Source: Treponemataceae bacterium (lineage in GTDB: Bacteria; Spirochaetota; Spirochaetia; Treponematales; Rectinemataceae). From it: a stretch of 64,000 bases of DNA. Location: positions 736,001-800,000 of the forward strand of contig CAXXVZ010000005.1 of the NCBI GenBank assembly GCA_963678065.2. The letters are read 5' to 3'. Shown piece after piece: positions 10,258 to 20,646 of this stretch (positions are counted from its first letter, which is position 1; the number at the start of each line of letters is the position of its first letter). Under the pieces are notes generated by a model. That model worked only from the letters and a program-made list of their open reading frames with translations, made no database searches and was not told where the DNA came from. A program made the position numbers and the translations under genes.

Positions 10258-11865
10258 TCAGCCCTTGTGCGCCAGGCAGGCGTCGATGAAACCGGAGAAA
10301 AGCGGATGGGCCGATACGGGTCTCGACTTGAACTCAGGGTGGAACTGCACGCCGATAGCCCAAGGATGCTTTCCCCACTCCACGGACTCGACGAGGCTTC
10401 CGTCTGTGGTAGTCGCCGTAATCAGCAGGCCCGCGTTTTCCAGTTCGGACCTGAAAGCGTTCGAGAACTCATAGCGGTGTCTGTGCCGCTCGCTTATCGT
10501 CTCCGTGCCGTAGACTTCGTGGATGCGCGAGCCAGCCTTCAGGATGGAGTCGCTCGCGCCGAGGCGCATCGTCCCGCCATAGGCCTTCACGTCGATCTGG
10601 TCCTCAAGGAGGCCGACGACGGGATGTCTCGTGTCGGGATCGAACTCGGTGGAATGCGCATCCGCCCAACCCAGGACATCCCGCGCGTACTCGATCACCA
10701 TGATCTGCATGCCGAGGCAGATGCCGAAGTAGGGTACCTTGTGCTCGCGGGCCCAGCGAGCGGCCCTGACCATGCCGTTGATCCCCCGCTCACCGAATCC
10801 GCCGGGAACGAGGATACCGTCCACCGCTCCGAGTATCGTATCGACCGAGGCGTCGTCCGATTCCAGGGAGCCGGAGTCGATCTTGACGAGCTCAACCTCT
10901 GCGTCGTTCGCGATGCCGCCGTGGTAGAGGGCTTCCCACACCGACTTGTAGGCATCGTGGAGTTCCATGTATTTGCCGACGATGCCGATGCGGACCTTTT
11001 TCGCGGGATGGCGGAATTTCTCAACCATGTCGCGCCATTCGGAAAGTTCCGCGTGGCGACTTTCGATCCCCATCTTCTTCAGCATGAACGTGTCGAGGCC
11101 CTGTTCGTAGAATACGAGGGGCAGTTCGTAAATGGTCGTCGGCACATCGTGGGCGGAAATCACGCCCTCGAATTCGACATTGGTGAAGGACGAGAGCTTG
11201 CGCCTGAGGTTCGCGTCGAGAGGAGTAGCCGCCCTGCAGACGAGGACATCGGGCTGGATACCCACTTCCTGCAACTCTTTGACGGCGTGTTGGGAAGGCT
11301 TGGTTTTGAGCTCGCCGCCCGAAACCGCCGGGATGAGGGTCACATGGACGGAGAGGGCGTTCTGCTTGCCCATCTCGTGGATGAGCTGCCGCGCAGCCTC
11401 AAGGAAGGGAATGGACTCCATGTCGCCGACAGTACCGCCTACCTCGACGATGATGACGTCGACATCCGGCCCCTGCCCCACGGCGAGGATGCGGTTCTTG
11501 ATCTCATCGGTGATGTGGGGAATGACCTGGACCGTCCTGCCGAGGAATCGTCCTGCCCTCTCCTTGTCGATGACAGAGCGGTAGACCTGGCCGGTCGTGA
11601 TGGAGTTGGCTTTTGAAAGGTTACAATTGGTGAAACGGCCGTAATTGCCGAGGTCGAGGTCGGTTTCGGCACCATCGTCGGTGACGTAGACCTCGCCATG
11701 CTGGTAGGGGCTCATCGTACCCGCATCTACATTGAGATACGGATCGATCTTGACCATGCGCACGGCAAGGCCGCGCGCCTCCATGAGAACACCGATGGAC
11801 GAAGCGGCGATGCCCTTTCCCAGAGAAGAACAGACGCCGCCCGTCACTATGACGAGCTTCTTCAT
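10258..11865 (-). CDS. pyrG: CTP synthase
   Basis: TGGVCSSLGKG, KTKPSQH, GICLGMQ, QFHPEF. Confidence 0.97.
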   Translation of the reverse strand: MKKLVIVTGGVCSSLGKGIAASSIGVLMEARGLAVRMVKIDPYLNVDAGTMSPYQHGEVYVTDDGAETDLDLGNYGRFTNCNLSKANSITTGQVYRSVIDKERAGRFLGRTVQVIPHITDEIKNRILAVGQGPDVDVIIVEVGGTVGDMESIPFLEAARQLIHEMGKQNALSVHVTLIPAVSGGELKTKPSQHAVKELQEVGIQPDVLVCRAATPLDANLRRKLSSFTNVEFEGVISAHDVPTTIYELPLVFYEQGLDTFMLKKMGIESRHAELSEWRDMVEKFRHPAKKVRIGIVGKYMELHDAYKSVWEALYHGGIANDAEVELVKIDSGSLESDDASVDTILGAVDGILVPGGFGERGINGMVRAARWAREHKVPYFGICLGMQIMVIEYARDVLGWADAHSTEFDPDTRHPVVGLLEDQIDVKAYGGTMRLGASDSILKAGSRIHEVYGTETISERHRHRYEFSNAFRSELENAGLLITATTTDGSLVESVEWGKHPWAIGVQFHPEFKSRPVSAHPLFSGFIDACLAHKG

Positions 11866-12090
11866 GGGATTTTAGTATCCGGAAAACCACAGGTCCGTGT
11901 CAATCGCATAAGGATTACATTCACCGTAAAGATAGCCCAAGATCCGGGATGGCACACTCCCCTCCGTGCCGGACTTCCTTCGCTCCGCTCACCCTGTCTC
12001 GGCCATTCTGGATTCGGAAGGAGCAAGCCTTGAACGCGGGGCCTGGCAGAGCTAGACGGCACAGGTCCGCCTCACTAGACTTACTCGACG

Positions 12091-12783
12091 ATGAAAGCGA
12101 ACACCGACCTCGTGCGTCGCGGCCTCGACGCCTTGGACATCCGTGCCGATCCACTGTGCACGCGCCTTGCACGATATATAGAAGAAATTGAATTATGGAA
12201 CCCAACCTATGGTCTCGTGAACAGCTCGGGAGACGATCTCGTCATCAAGCACATTCTGGACAGTCTCGCCCCGCTTGCGCTTCTCAGCCCCATGCTCGCG
12301 GAACTCGATGCCGGGTTGGCAGCCGGGTCACACATGAAAGCCTGCCTCGCCGATATCGGTACGGGAGCCGGCCTGCCCGGCATTCCCCTCGCCCTCGCCA
12401 TGCCTGAACGTCAGGTATTCCTTGTGGAGCGCATGGGCAAGCGAGTCAGATTTCTGGAAAACCAGAAGGCAATTCTCGGCCTCGACAATGTCACCATTCT
12501 GGAATCCGAAGCGGAGCGGGCTCGGGGCCCTTTCGATCTCGTCGTATTCCGCGCATTCAGGCCATTCACCGAAACGAAGCTCTTTCGCTCCATCGCAAGC
12601 CATGTATCGGCCGTCGGGATCATAGCTGCCTACAAAGGGAAGGAATCGACCGCCCGTGCAGAACTCGCCGCCATCGCCATGGACCCAAGACTCGGCCGGC
12701 TCGCGAACGAGGCTGAGCTTTTCCCGGTACACGTTCCCTTTCTGGAAGAGGAGCGCTGTCTCGTCGTCATGAGAAACCGATAA
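12091..12783 (+). CDS. rsmG: 16S rRNA m7G527 methyltransferase
   Basis: HILDSL, DIGTGAGLPGIPLA, FRAF. Confidence 0.9.
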   Translation: MKANTDLVRRGLDALDIRADPLCTRLARYIEEIELWNPTYGLVNSSGDDLVIKHILDSLAPLALLSPMLAELDAGLAAGSHMKACLADIGTGAGLPGIPLALAMPERQVFLVERMGKRVRFLENQKAILGLDNVTILESEAERARGPFDLVVFRAFRPFTETKLFRSIASHVSAVGIIAAYKGKESTARAELAAIAMDPRLGRLANEAELFPVHVPFLEEERCLVVMRNR

Positions 12784-12850
12784 AGGACCTTCTCCACAGC
12801 GCCCTGGGGTAGAGAAAGAGATCGATCACTCGAGACTCGTCGTTCTGATC

Positions 12851-13132
12851 TCAGGGTTCCTTTCCGCCAGATGGCGCTTCGCCACCGGAGACAGATGAAT
12901 CGCCAGCCTCTCCGGAATCAGTCTCTCCGGACTCCTCGCCTTCTACGATATCGCCTTCTACGATATCGCCTTCTCCATCGGTTCCGGCGGTTTCTTCCTC
13001 AGTCCCGGGTTCTTCCTCTCCATTCTTTGCCCTTTCCTTGCGCTCGTTCTTCTTCTTCTGTTTCTCTTCGAGCTTTTTTTTCTTCTCAAGTTCTTTCCGG
13101 CGTTTTTCGGAATTGAATTTGTTCGGTTTCAT
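12851..13132 (-). CDS. Small hypothetical protein (basic N-terminus, acidic C-terminus)
   Basis: ATG preceded by GGGGAG; low-complexity sequence. Confidence 0.5.
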   Translation of the reverse strand: MKPNKFNSEKRRKELEKKKKLEEKQKKKNERKERAKNGEEEPGTEEETAGTDGEGDIVEGDIVEGEESGETDSGEAGDSSVSGGEAPSGGKEP

Positions 13133-13430
13133 GATTTCTCCCCTGAACAGGCACCCCTCGTACAAAACAGAGACAGTATGGGCAACCCTTCTTAGAGTAC
13201 TGTATCCGAAACGGCGGGAACATGCTTCCCCCAGAAACCCCAAGGACCTCCGCTCGCAGAGGTCCTCCAAAATGCTGCCAATGCCAAGACCAGATTTTCT
13301 TCGCTGCGGGCAAGAGGCTCATAATCGGTCTTGATAGGTATCTCTTCTGGCAGACAAACAAGTACGACGAGATAGGTTCGAAGAATGAACGCAAAACCTC
13401 CCCTTCAGAACAGGACAGCATTCGATGTAC

Positions 13431-14087
13431 TTATTCTATAACTTTGTATATATCTCCGATCCTCTTGCAGGCCTTTGCCTTTGGCACGTAGGAGGGCAGA
13501 CCTATCGGCACAAGGCTGATAAACTTATAATCCTGAGGGACCTGAAGAATATCATTCATCCTGTCCTTCGCAATGGCCGGCTCGTTCATCCAGCAGGCTC
13601 CGTACCCCCGTTCATGGATCGCCAGCAGCATGTTTTGCACTGCCGCCCCGATGGACAGGACGTCAGGCCAGGCAAGTCGCTCCATCATGGTTTCGTGGCT
13701 GTATCCTTTGCCTGTGAAAATGCCGGTTATCCTCTCGTCGTAATAAGTCAGTTTCGTCATGAATACGGCAATGACCACCGGCGCATGCACAAAAAACGTA
13801 GCAGCCTTCCCCTTCGCATCGAGAAACACCTCGAATCCGTCACGGTCACCGCCCTGGGGCATGACGGAGCCGAAGAAAGCGTGTGTCTCCGCGGCGACGG
13901 CTGCGGCCATCTCAAGGATCACCGCCCTGTCTTTCACGGCGACAAAATACCAGCACTGGCTGTTGCAGCCACTCGGTGCCGAGGCGGCCGTTTCGATAAA
14001 GTACTTCAGGTCCTCGTCCGGAACTCCACGATCGAGATACTTCCGGATGCTCCTCCTGGATGCCGCCAAGGAAAGAAAATCCTTCAT
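13431..14087 (-). CDS. Nitroreductase family protein
   Basis: RRSIRKY, APSGCNSQ, QNMLLA..G.GACW. Confidence 0.88.
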   Translation of the reverse strand: MKDFLSLAASRRSIRKYLDRGVPDEDLKYFIETAASAPSGCNSQCWYFVAVKDRAVILEMAAAVAAETHAFFGSVMPQGGDRDGFEVFLDAKGKAATFFVHAPVVIAVFMTKLTYYDERITGIFTGKGYSHETMMERLAWPDVLSIGAAVQNMLLAIHERGYGACWMNEPAIAKDRMNDILQVPQDYKFISLVPIGLPSYVPKAKACKRIGDIYKVIE

Positions 14088-15283
14088 TCTGCCACCTCCA
14101 CCCTGTTTCTTCCGTTTGCTTTGGCACTGTACAAGGCCTTGTCGGCCTCTTGATACACGAGGTCGAAACGCATCCCGGCCTGAGTATCGAGTGCGACGAC
14201 GCCAAAACTGGCTGTCACCCTGATCGTATTGCCATTGACCACCATGAAATTGTTCCCCACGACTGTCCGCAGCTTCTCGGCCGCCACGATACCGTGAATG
14301 AGTTCCGTTTCCGGCAGCAGCACGATGAATTCCTCTCCTCCCCAGCGCGCGATAATATCACTTTCCCGCAGATTCCTCCGGAGGATATCGGCAGTCTGTA
14401 CGAGGACCGCGTCGCCGGTGGAATGTCCGTAAGAGTCATTGACCGCCTTGAAAAAATCGATATCCAAAAGAATGACGACAGCTCGCCCTCCATATCGGAA
14501 TACTCTGGACATTTCCATTTTCAGGAATCGATCGAATTCCCGCCGGTTGCACAACTCGGTAAGCGGATCGTGCGAGGCAAGAAAACTGAGCCTGACATTC
14601 TTCTTCTCCAGTTCGTCCCGCTACCGCCTAATGGTCCTGTGCTGAAAAATCGATTTTACCCTTGACCACCACAAGATGTGATTGAGCCCCGCCCCCATGG
14701 CTGTAATGGCGAATCCATTTATCCGATTGGACAGGAGTATGGCGGTATCATGCTGAGTTATACCGAGGCCTAACGCGAATACGGAAAACGCAAAGAAGTA
14801 CATTCCCGCGGCGTGGACGGGAGTGATGCGGAATACCATCGCCACGATGGAGCAGGTAATCATGAAGGGCGTGATGCTTGAAGTGACCGACTGATCGACA
14901 ATAGTTATCGCAGCCCCGCCAACCTGCAGGGCCAGGAGGAAAAAGGCCTGAAAGAAGCTCTGGATCCTGACCGGCTTTGTTTCGATCCACTTTCCCTTTC
15001 CCAGAAACAGAAAAACGCACATGAGACACAGAAATGCGCTATGGCAGGCTATGATGCCAGCCCGCCACCTGATTTCCGCTTCCGAAGACAGTTTGAGAAA
15101 AAACGCGAAAATGATAATGAAAAGCAAATGGACGGGAATAGCGAGGAGCGTCAGTGTGGCGAAACGCGATGTATTCTCCCGGATAATCTCATCATGCAAC
15201 CCGGGATCGGACCCGATCCGACCGCCTTTACCAAAACCTGAAACTCCTACAGCCGACGGCAATACTCTCTCAGTGTCTTCCAT
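14084..15283 (-). pseudogene. Membrane diguanylate cyclase (GGEEF) split by one in-frame TAG
   Basis: The TM ORF ends at TAG 14621-14623; the same frame continues RDELEKKN..HDPLTELCNRR..RWGGEEF to 14084. Confidence 0.8.
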
Positions 15284-15782
15284 ACCGAGCCAGTCCTGAG
15301 AGAAAGTTTCTCAGGAATTGATCCATGCATTCCCTGTAATTCTTGTGTCCTTTTTTGCGGAACAGGGCTGTAAGTTCGTTTTTGGACAGATCGACGCCTG
15401 AAATCTTCATTATCGCCATCATGTCCTCTTCCTTGAGCTCGAGGGCGATACGGATTTTTTTCAGGATCGTGTTGTTGTCCAGATCCCTACCATCCGAAGG
15501 AACCGGATCCGATCCACCCTTTGCGCCTCGTTCCGTCTGATTCCCTGCAGCTACCCCGGCCGTTTCCCTCTTACCCCGGAATTTGACAATCATCCCGTCA
15601 AGCAAAGCCGACAGAGTCGCCTCGTCACACTCCGCGTACCCCTCTTCTCCTTCCTTCAGAAAATAGGAGTCGAGGGTCAGACTGGAAACAGGCCTTCCAC
15701 CAGCTTCCAGCATCGACAGCATGGTCGCATCGTTAATTTTGACCGCAAAGCGGATACGTTTTAGAATGTCGTTGTTGGTCAT
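15270..15782 (-). CDS. DUF1456/YehS family protein
   Basis: MTNNDILKRIR..NNTILKKIRIAL..DQFLRNFL duplicated-domain pattern. Confidence 0.85.
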   Translation of the reverse strand: MTNNDILKRIRFAVKINDATMLSMLEAGGRPVSSLTLDSYFLKEGEEGYAECDEATLSALLDGMIVKFRGKRETAGVAAGNQTERGAKGGSDPVPSDGRDLDNNTILKKIRIALELKEEDMMAIMKISGVDLSKNELTALFRKKGHKNYRECMDQFLRNFLSGLARYGRH

Positions 15783-16119
15783 ACGCTCTCCATGCAACAG
15801 TCGCGGACAGAGGCGATCCGGCTGTACGCCTCAAGTAATATCACAGGATTGAAGAAGTCAGCCAGTGCCCCGGACTATTGCGGCCCCCGTACTCAAGACA
15901 CCTTTCTCCCAGAATAGACTTGATCAGCATCGACGATGCCGCGCAGCCCCCACATAGACCGAGTCGGGCGTTCTCCGAACAAGGCTTAATGCAGTCTGAA
16001 AGAATTGCAATTCATGATGTCGTAATTGATTATCGATCTGCGCTCGTTCACCTCGGCATACTCCATGAGGTAGATCAATATAAAGTGCGCCCAATCGTCA
16101 ATACAGAAAAAAAGAAAGA

Positions 16120-16275
16120 TAAGGTGAATCCCAATTTGTCCTTGTATTCCTGAATCTCTATGCTACCAGCCGTAGGCTGAAGCTTCGACTATACACCTCG
16201 TTTGGTGTAGCAAACTCAAGGGATTGATGAAATCGTTCCTGGTTGAAAAAATTGAAGTATTTGTCGACGGCGATC
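16120..16275 (-). pseudogene. IS3-family transposase C-terminal remnant with probable terminal IR
   Basis: Manual translation YFNFFNQERFHQSLEFATPNEVY..* resembles the end of the IS3 integrase core. Confidence 0.6.
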
Positions 16276-16365
16276 TATATCAAAGCCAATACACTCTTTT
16301 GCAGTGACCAATTCAACATTACCTAATACGCTTTTGCCTTTTACTTTTTTTAGTACATTGACTAG

Positions 16366-18007
16366 CAGCCTGTCGGGCTTTCATCCAAGGGGAATTTACT
16401 CAGCCGGAGGAAACGCGTAGTCTCATGGCATGAGCGCGCAATTCGTGAACATAGACCGCGAAACATCGATGCTGTTGCCTCCGGATCTCCGGGACTGGAT
16501 ACCGGAGGACAGCATGGTGCACCTCATCATCGAGACGGTGGAAACCCTGGATATCCAGAAGTTCTGGGTGAACGAAGGGGGCAGCGGGTGCGCGCAGTAT
16601 CCGCCGTCCATGATGTTGTCGCTCCTGATCTACTGCTACGCGACGGGACGTTTCTCGTCCCGGATGATCGAAGAAGCGAGTTGGTATGACGTCGCGGTCC
16701 GCTATATCTGCGGAGGCGACAAGCATCCGGACCACGACACGATCTGCGCGTTCCGGACAAGGAATCGGGATGCGTTCAAAGAAGCCTTTGTGAAAGTGTT
16801 GCTGATCGCCCAGGAACTCGGGTACCTGAAGAAGGTAGGCAGTGTGGCCGTGGATGGGACGAAAATCATAGCCAACGCCAGCAAGCACGCGGCGGTCAGC
16901 TACAAACGAGCGGAGGAGATGATTCGGCAGCTGGAGCTGGAAATCGAACAGCTCACGCGCAAGGCAGAGGAAGCTGACAGCACGCCCCTTGATACGGGAT
17001 TGAGCCTGCCGGAGGAGATCAAACGCCGGGAAGATCGGAAGACGGCGCTCACGGAGGCGCGGAAAGTCATTGAAGAACGGTACGAGGACGTGCGGAAGCA
17101 GAAGCAGCAGGAATACGAGGAAAAGATGGAAGCGCGGGAGGAGGAGCGGAAGAACGGGAAGGGGCCACGGGGCAGGACGCCGGTACCACCTTCGGACAAG
17201 CCTCCCGATACGGCGCAGTTCAATTTCACCGACGGGGAAAGCAGGATCATGAAAGCTGGCTCAGGCGAACATATGGAGCAGGCATACAATGCCCAGGCCG
17301 TGATCGACACGGAAGGCAGCATGCTGCTTCTGGGCGGCTACGTGACAAACCATGCCAACGACAAGCGGGAACTGGAACCGGCGGTGGCATGTGTAAATCC
17401 CGAAGTCCGGCACGTCAGTGTCGTGTGTGCCGATACCGGATATTTCAGCGAAGCGACCGTGAGCAGTATCGAGGCTGCCGGCACAGGGCCGATTGTGTAT
17501 TGCGCCATCGAACGGCAGGGCCATCATCGGACGGTAGAGGACTTGGAGCGAAAGCCGGCACTGGAAACGCCGCCTGCGACGGCTTCCGTCATGGAGACCA
17601 TGGCATTCAGGCTCAAGACGAAAGAGGGGCACCGCAACTACAAGAAGCGGAAGGAGACCATTGAACCGGCTTTCGGCATCATCAAGTCCGTATTGGGTTT
17701 CCGTCAATTTCTGATGCGCGGATTGGAAAAGGTGGGCATCGAGTGGGATCTCGTGACGCTTGCGTACAACTTCAAGCGCCTGCACAGGCTGGGGCAGAAT
17801 CGCAAAATTTCCGCGACGACGATCGAATTGGCAGGAAGTTGACCTGGGGACTTTCCGCAAGGCGAGAAAACCGCTTGAGAGAATGACGTCGCATCGGGAA
17901 ACACCGGTTGAGGGAAATCAAATCCTCGTTTTCAAGAAACAACATTACTTTCCACCCCCGAAAGCCTGGGCTATTGCGTTTTTCTTTGCTTTCAATCCGA
18001 CAGGCTG
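16366..18007 (+). mobile_element. IS1182-family element
   Basis: IRs CAGCCTGTCGG/CCGACAGGCTG flanked by duplicated CTAG. Confidence 0.88.
16430..17842 (+). CDS. IS1182-family transposase
   Basis: LLPPDLRDW, YPPSMML, VDGTKI, ADTGY, IEPAFGIIK. Confidence 0.9.
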   Translation: MSAQFVNIDRETSMLLPPDLRDWIPEDSMVHLIIETVETLDIQKFWVNEGGSGCAQYPPSMMLSLLIYCYATGRFSSRMIEEASWYDVAVRYICGGDKHPDHDTICAFRTRNRDAFKEAFVKVLLIAQELGYLKKVGSVAVDGTKIIANASKHAAVSYKRAEEMIRQLELEIEQLTRKAEEADSTPLDTGLSLPEEIKRREDRKTALTEARKVIEERYEDVRKQKQQEYEEKMEAREEERKNGKGPRGRTPVPPSDKPPDTAQFNFTDGESRIMKAGSGEHMEQAYNAQAVIDTEGSMLLLGGYVTNHANDKRELEPAVACVNPEVRHVSVVCADTGYFSEATVSSIEAAGTGPIVYCAIERQGHHRTVEDLERKPALETPPATASVMETMAFRLKTKEGHRNYKKRKETIEPAFGIIKSVLGFRQFLMRGLEKVGIEWDLVTLAYNFKRLHRLGQNRKISATTIELAGS

Positions 18008-18521
18008 CTAGCAGTATTTTGTATTTGTATAGATCATGTTTTCCTGTTTCATTTTCAAAAGCACTAGATTCTATACATATTCGTTTCATACCAGCTTTTT
18101 CAAGAACTTTCCAACTCCCAATATTTTCAATTACAGCTTCAGCAATTATTGTTTTGGCATTTTTTTCCTGGAAACCACATCTTATTAAAGCTTTTGCAAT
18201 TTCAGTTCCATATCCTTTTCCCCATTTGTCTTCTCGTAAATGATAGAATATTCCATATTCTGTAGCATCATTTCCTGAATTATTACCACCACAGTATCCA
18301 ATTATTTTATTTTTTTCTTTTACTACAAATGGACCAATGGAATTATTTTTAATCCACGCAAGTTGTCTATTTATTCTTTTGATACAATCATCAACAGATT
18401 GAATATTCCTGATAAAAGTATATTTTGTGACTGCGTAATTTACCCATATTGGGAATAAATCTATTGCATCATCAACATTAACTACAAAGAATGATAACCG
18501 ATTAGTGTTTAAACAACTCAT
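18008..18521 (-). CDS. GNAT (RimJ/RimL-like) acetyltransferase, 3' end abutted by IS1182
   Basis: WGKGYGTE..NIGSWKVLEKAGM. Confidence 0.75.
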
Positions 18522-18678
18522 TATAAATAAACTCCGTAGAAGGAATATTAGTAAAATATCTATTTTTTCTGCCGCCCACAGGGCCCTTATAACATCTTTT
18601 TATGCCCCCATAGTAAATATATGCGAATAATGATTCAAACATATAGTTAACATCAGAGATCCGCCCCAAAAACATTGC

Positions 18679-18813
18679 ATCTAACGTTTTGTGCCTCTGA
18701 CGTTTCGGACCGCATCGGCGGGCCGAAATGTGCCTGAGTGAAGTGAGCGCATGCGAGCGGAACGATGGCCGAGGAGCCATGAAATGGCGACGAGCAGGGG
18801 CACGGTGTTAGGC
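18679..18813 (-). repeat. attC site, subtype B
   Basis: atctaac gttttgtgcctctg...caggggcacggt gttaggc. Confidence 0.85.
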
Positions 18814-18833
18814 GATGTGTGTGCGCGACTGTC

Positions 18834-19232
18834 TTACCAAATTACTTTTAGTCCATCTTCTTCATATTTTTTAAAATTTTCATCTTTACTTATTATTCCC
18901 ATCTTTCTATGAAGTGCTTGCCATATCAACATTCGATCAAATGGATCTTTATGATCCTCATAATAACTCAATTCATTATATGTACTGGATTCATCTTCAT
19001 CCAAAGTAATTATTGAACCCAATTGTTTCGCATATTTTGGTAAATCCTTGATCTCTATTCCTTCCAAGGTATATCGGTGCATTCGAACTTTTATCGCTAT
19101 TTCCCAAAATGAAATAGTGCTGATATAGATTCCAGTATCTTTATTTTTAAGTATATCAGATACTCTTTTACTTAACTTATCAGAATCCAATATAGACCAA
19201 ATAAATGTATGTGTATCAAGTAAATACATCAT
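18834..19232 (-). CDS. PIN-domain (VapC-like) toxin
   Basis: YLLDTHTFIW, SFWEIAIK, HKDPFDRMLI. Confidence 0.9.
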   Translation of the reverse strand: MMYLLDTHTFIWSILDSDKLSKRVSDILKNKDTGIYISTISFWEIAIKVRMHRYTLEGIEIKDLPKYAKQLGSIITLDEDESSTYNELSYYEDHKDPFDRMLIWQALHRKMGIISKDENFKKYEEDGLKVIW

Positions 19233-19235
19233 ATT

Positions 19236-19463
19236 TTATCCCAAAAACTCTTCAACAGTAATTTTCCCATCTCCCATGATGGAAAATGATGCTTTCCCAT
19301 TGAGCATACCTATTTTTCGTTGTTTTTTTTCTTCATTCGGTACAAGCATTGCGATAGGTTTTTTTGCTTTCCCATACAGTATCCTAACTTTTTCTCCATG
19401 CTTTACGAGTTCAAGGAGTTCAGAAAAGTGGCTCTTGAATTCTCCAACCGTCATCTCTTTCAT
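19236..19463 (-). CDS. Phd/YefM-like antitoxin
   Basis: MKEMTVGEFKSHFSELLELV; directly upstream of the PIN gene. Confidence 0.8.
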   Translation of the reverse strand: MKEMTVGEFKSHFSELLELVKHGEKVRILYGKAKKPIAMLVPNEEKKQRKIGMLNGKASFSIMGDGKITVEEFLG

Positions 19464-19469
19464 ATCCCA

Positions 19470-19498
19470 AGTATACGTTATTCTTTTCAAGTTGTCAA
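19470..19498 (-). promoter_or_regulatory. Sigma70 promoter, probably leaderless
   Basis: TTGACA-17-TATACT-6 nt-ATG. Confidence 0.75.
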
Positions 19499-19520
19499 CT
19501 ATATCTCGCGCACACATTTC

Positions 19521-19660
19521 GCCTAACGTTTCCGGCCTGCGACGTTTTGGCCCGCATCGGCGGGACAAAATGTGCCTGAATGAAACGAGCGCATGCGAGT
19601 GCAATGAAGGCCGAAGAAGGAGCCGAAGGCGACTGATGAGCGTGGGCAGTGCTGTTATGT
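19521..19660 (-). repeat. attC site, subtype D
   Basis: gcctaac gtttccggcctgcg...gttatgt. Confidence 0.85.
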
Positions 19661-19683
19661 GAAGTTTCCCCCGATCTTCAACC

Positions 19684-20136
19684 CTATTCCTTTATCTTTT
19701 CCTGTTTTTTATCTTTTATCTCATGCTTCATGATTTCCAAATATTCTTCTGCATTTACTATACTCATCTCCTTTCCAACATAATCATCCCCATTTCTTGT
19801 TATCAAAACACTGATGCCATGTTCAAGTGCTGCATAATATTGTATTGTATCTTCTAGATCTTTGAACTTCGATGCCAATACCAAATCTATTATTTTTTCA
19901 TCAACATTCACTAGTTTGGTTAATAATCTTAATTTCCGAAGATGCAGCAAGGCTAGTTCTTGCCCTAACCCTTTTTTCACTATGTAATACAAATTTGAAA
20001 ATATCACAGGACTGATATACGCTTCAATTTTTCCCTTTTCTGCCAGTGAGAATAGTGTTGCTGCCGCTGGATAAAATGGCTGACGTTTCAGAAACATATC
20101 CAGGATGATATCCGTATCGATAAATACCTTATTCAT
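19684..20136 (-). CDS. PIN-domain toxin
   Basis: VFIDTDIILD..FKDLED..LITRN. Confidence 0.88.
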   Translation of the reverse strand: MNKVFIDTDIILDMFLKRQPFYPAAATLFSLAEKGKIEAYISPVIFSNLYYIVKKGLGQELALLHLRKLRLLTKLVNVDEKIIDLVLASKFKDLEDTIQYYAALEHGISVLITRNGDDYVGKEMSIVNAEEYLEIMKHEIKDKKQEKIKE

Positions 20137-20378
20137 TTGTATTTATCCGTGAGATAGTCCACATATCCATCATCCATTGCCGAAATATCCACAGCATCAA
20201 GAATTCCAGATAATTCCATAACCAGAGGCGAATAGTGGGGTTCAGTTTTATCTTCAAGCGCAAGGATTTTGAAGTAGTCTTCAACTAATCGGGAAAGACT
20301 TCGTTTCCGTTTTTGAGCATATACTTTGGCGGTTTCTATGACCGTTTGATCCAACTTGAGAGTCAGTTTTGTTTCCAT
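20133..20378 (-). CDS. DUF6364-like antitoxin
   Basis: METKLTLKLD..AKVYA..SLSRLVEDYF; overlaps the toxin start. Confidence 0.8.
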   Translation of the reverse strand: METKLTLKLDQTVIETAKVYAQKRKRSLSRLVEDYFKILALEDKTEPHYSPLVMELSGILDAVDISAMDDGYVDYLTDKYK

Positions 20379-20461
20379 ACATTACCTCGATACGTATAAT
20401 ACTAATAAACAAAATACGTATTGTCAATATCTTTCTCGTACTCTCTCTCGGGGGAAATTTC

Positions 20462-20602
20462 ACATAACGTTTGCCTGCTACGACGTTGTGGCGAGCATCG
20501 GCGAGCCACAATGTGCCTGAGCGAAACGAGCGCAAGCGAGTGTAGCGAATGGCCGAAGAAGGAGCCGCAGGCGACTGATGAGCGTGGGCAGCGCTGTTAG
20601 GT
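20462..20602 (-). repeat. attC site, subtype A
   Basis: Consensus repeat. Confidence 0.85.
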
Positions 20603-20646
20603 GCTGTGCTCCGGCTAATTTTAAATTATGTAATTTGATATTATAT

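Noticed and set aside
11960..11990. GAAGGAAGTCCGG as RNase P RNA
   Set aside because: The region is too short and lacks the matching 3' P4 motif.
19633..19660. CTGATGAG in the repeats as a hammerhead ribozyme core
   Set aside because: No GAAA after a stem II, and the motif is not kept in subtypes B and C.
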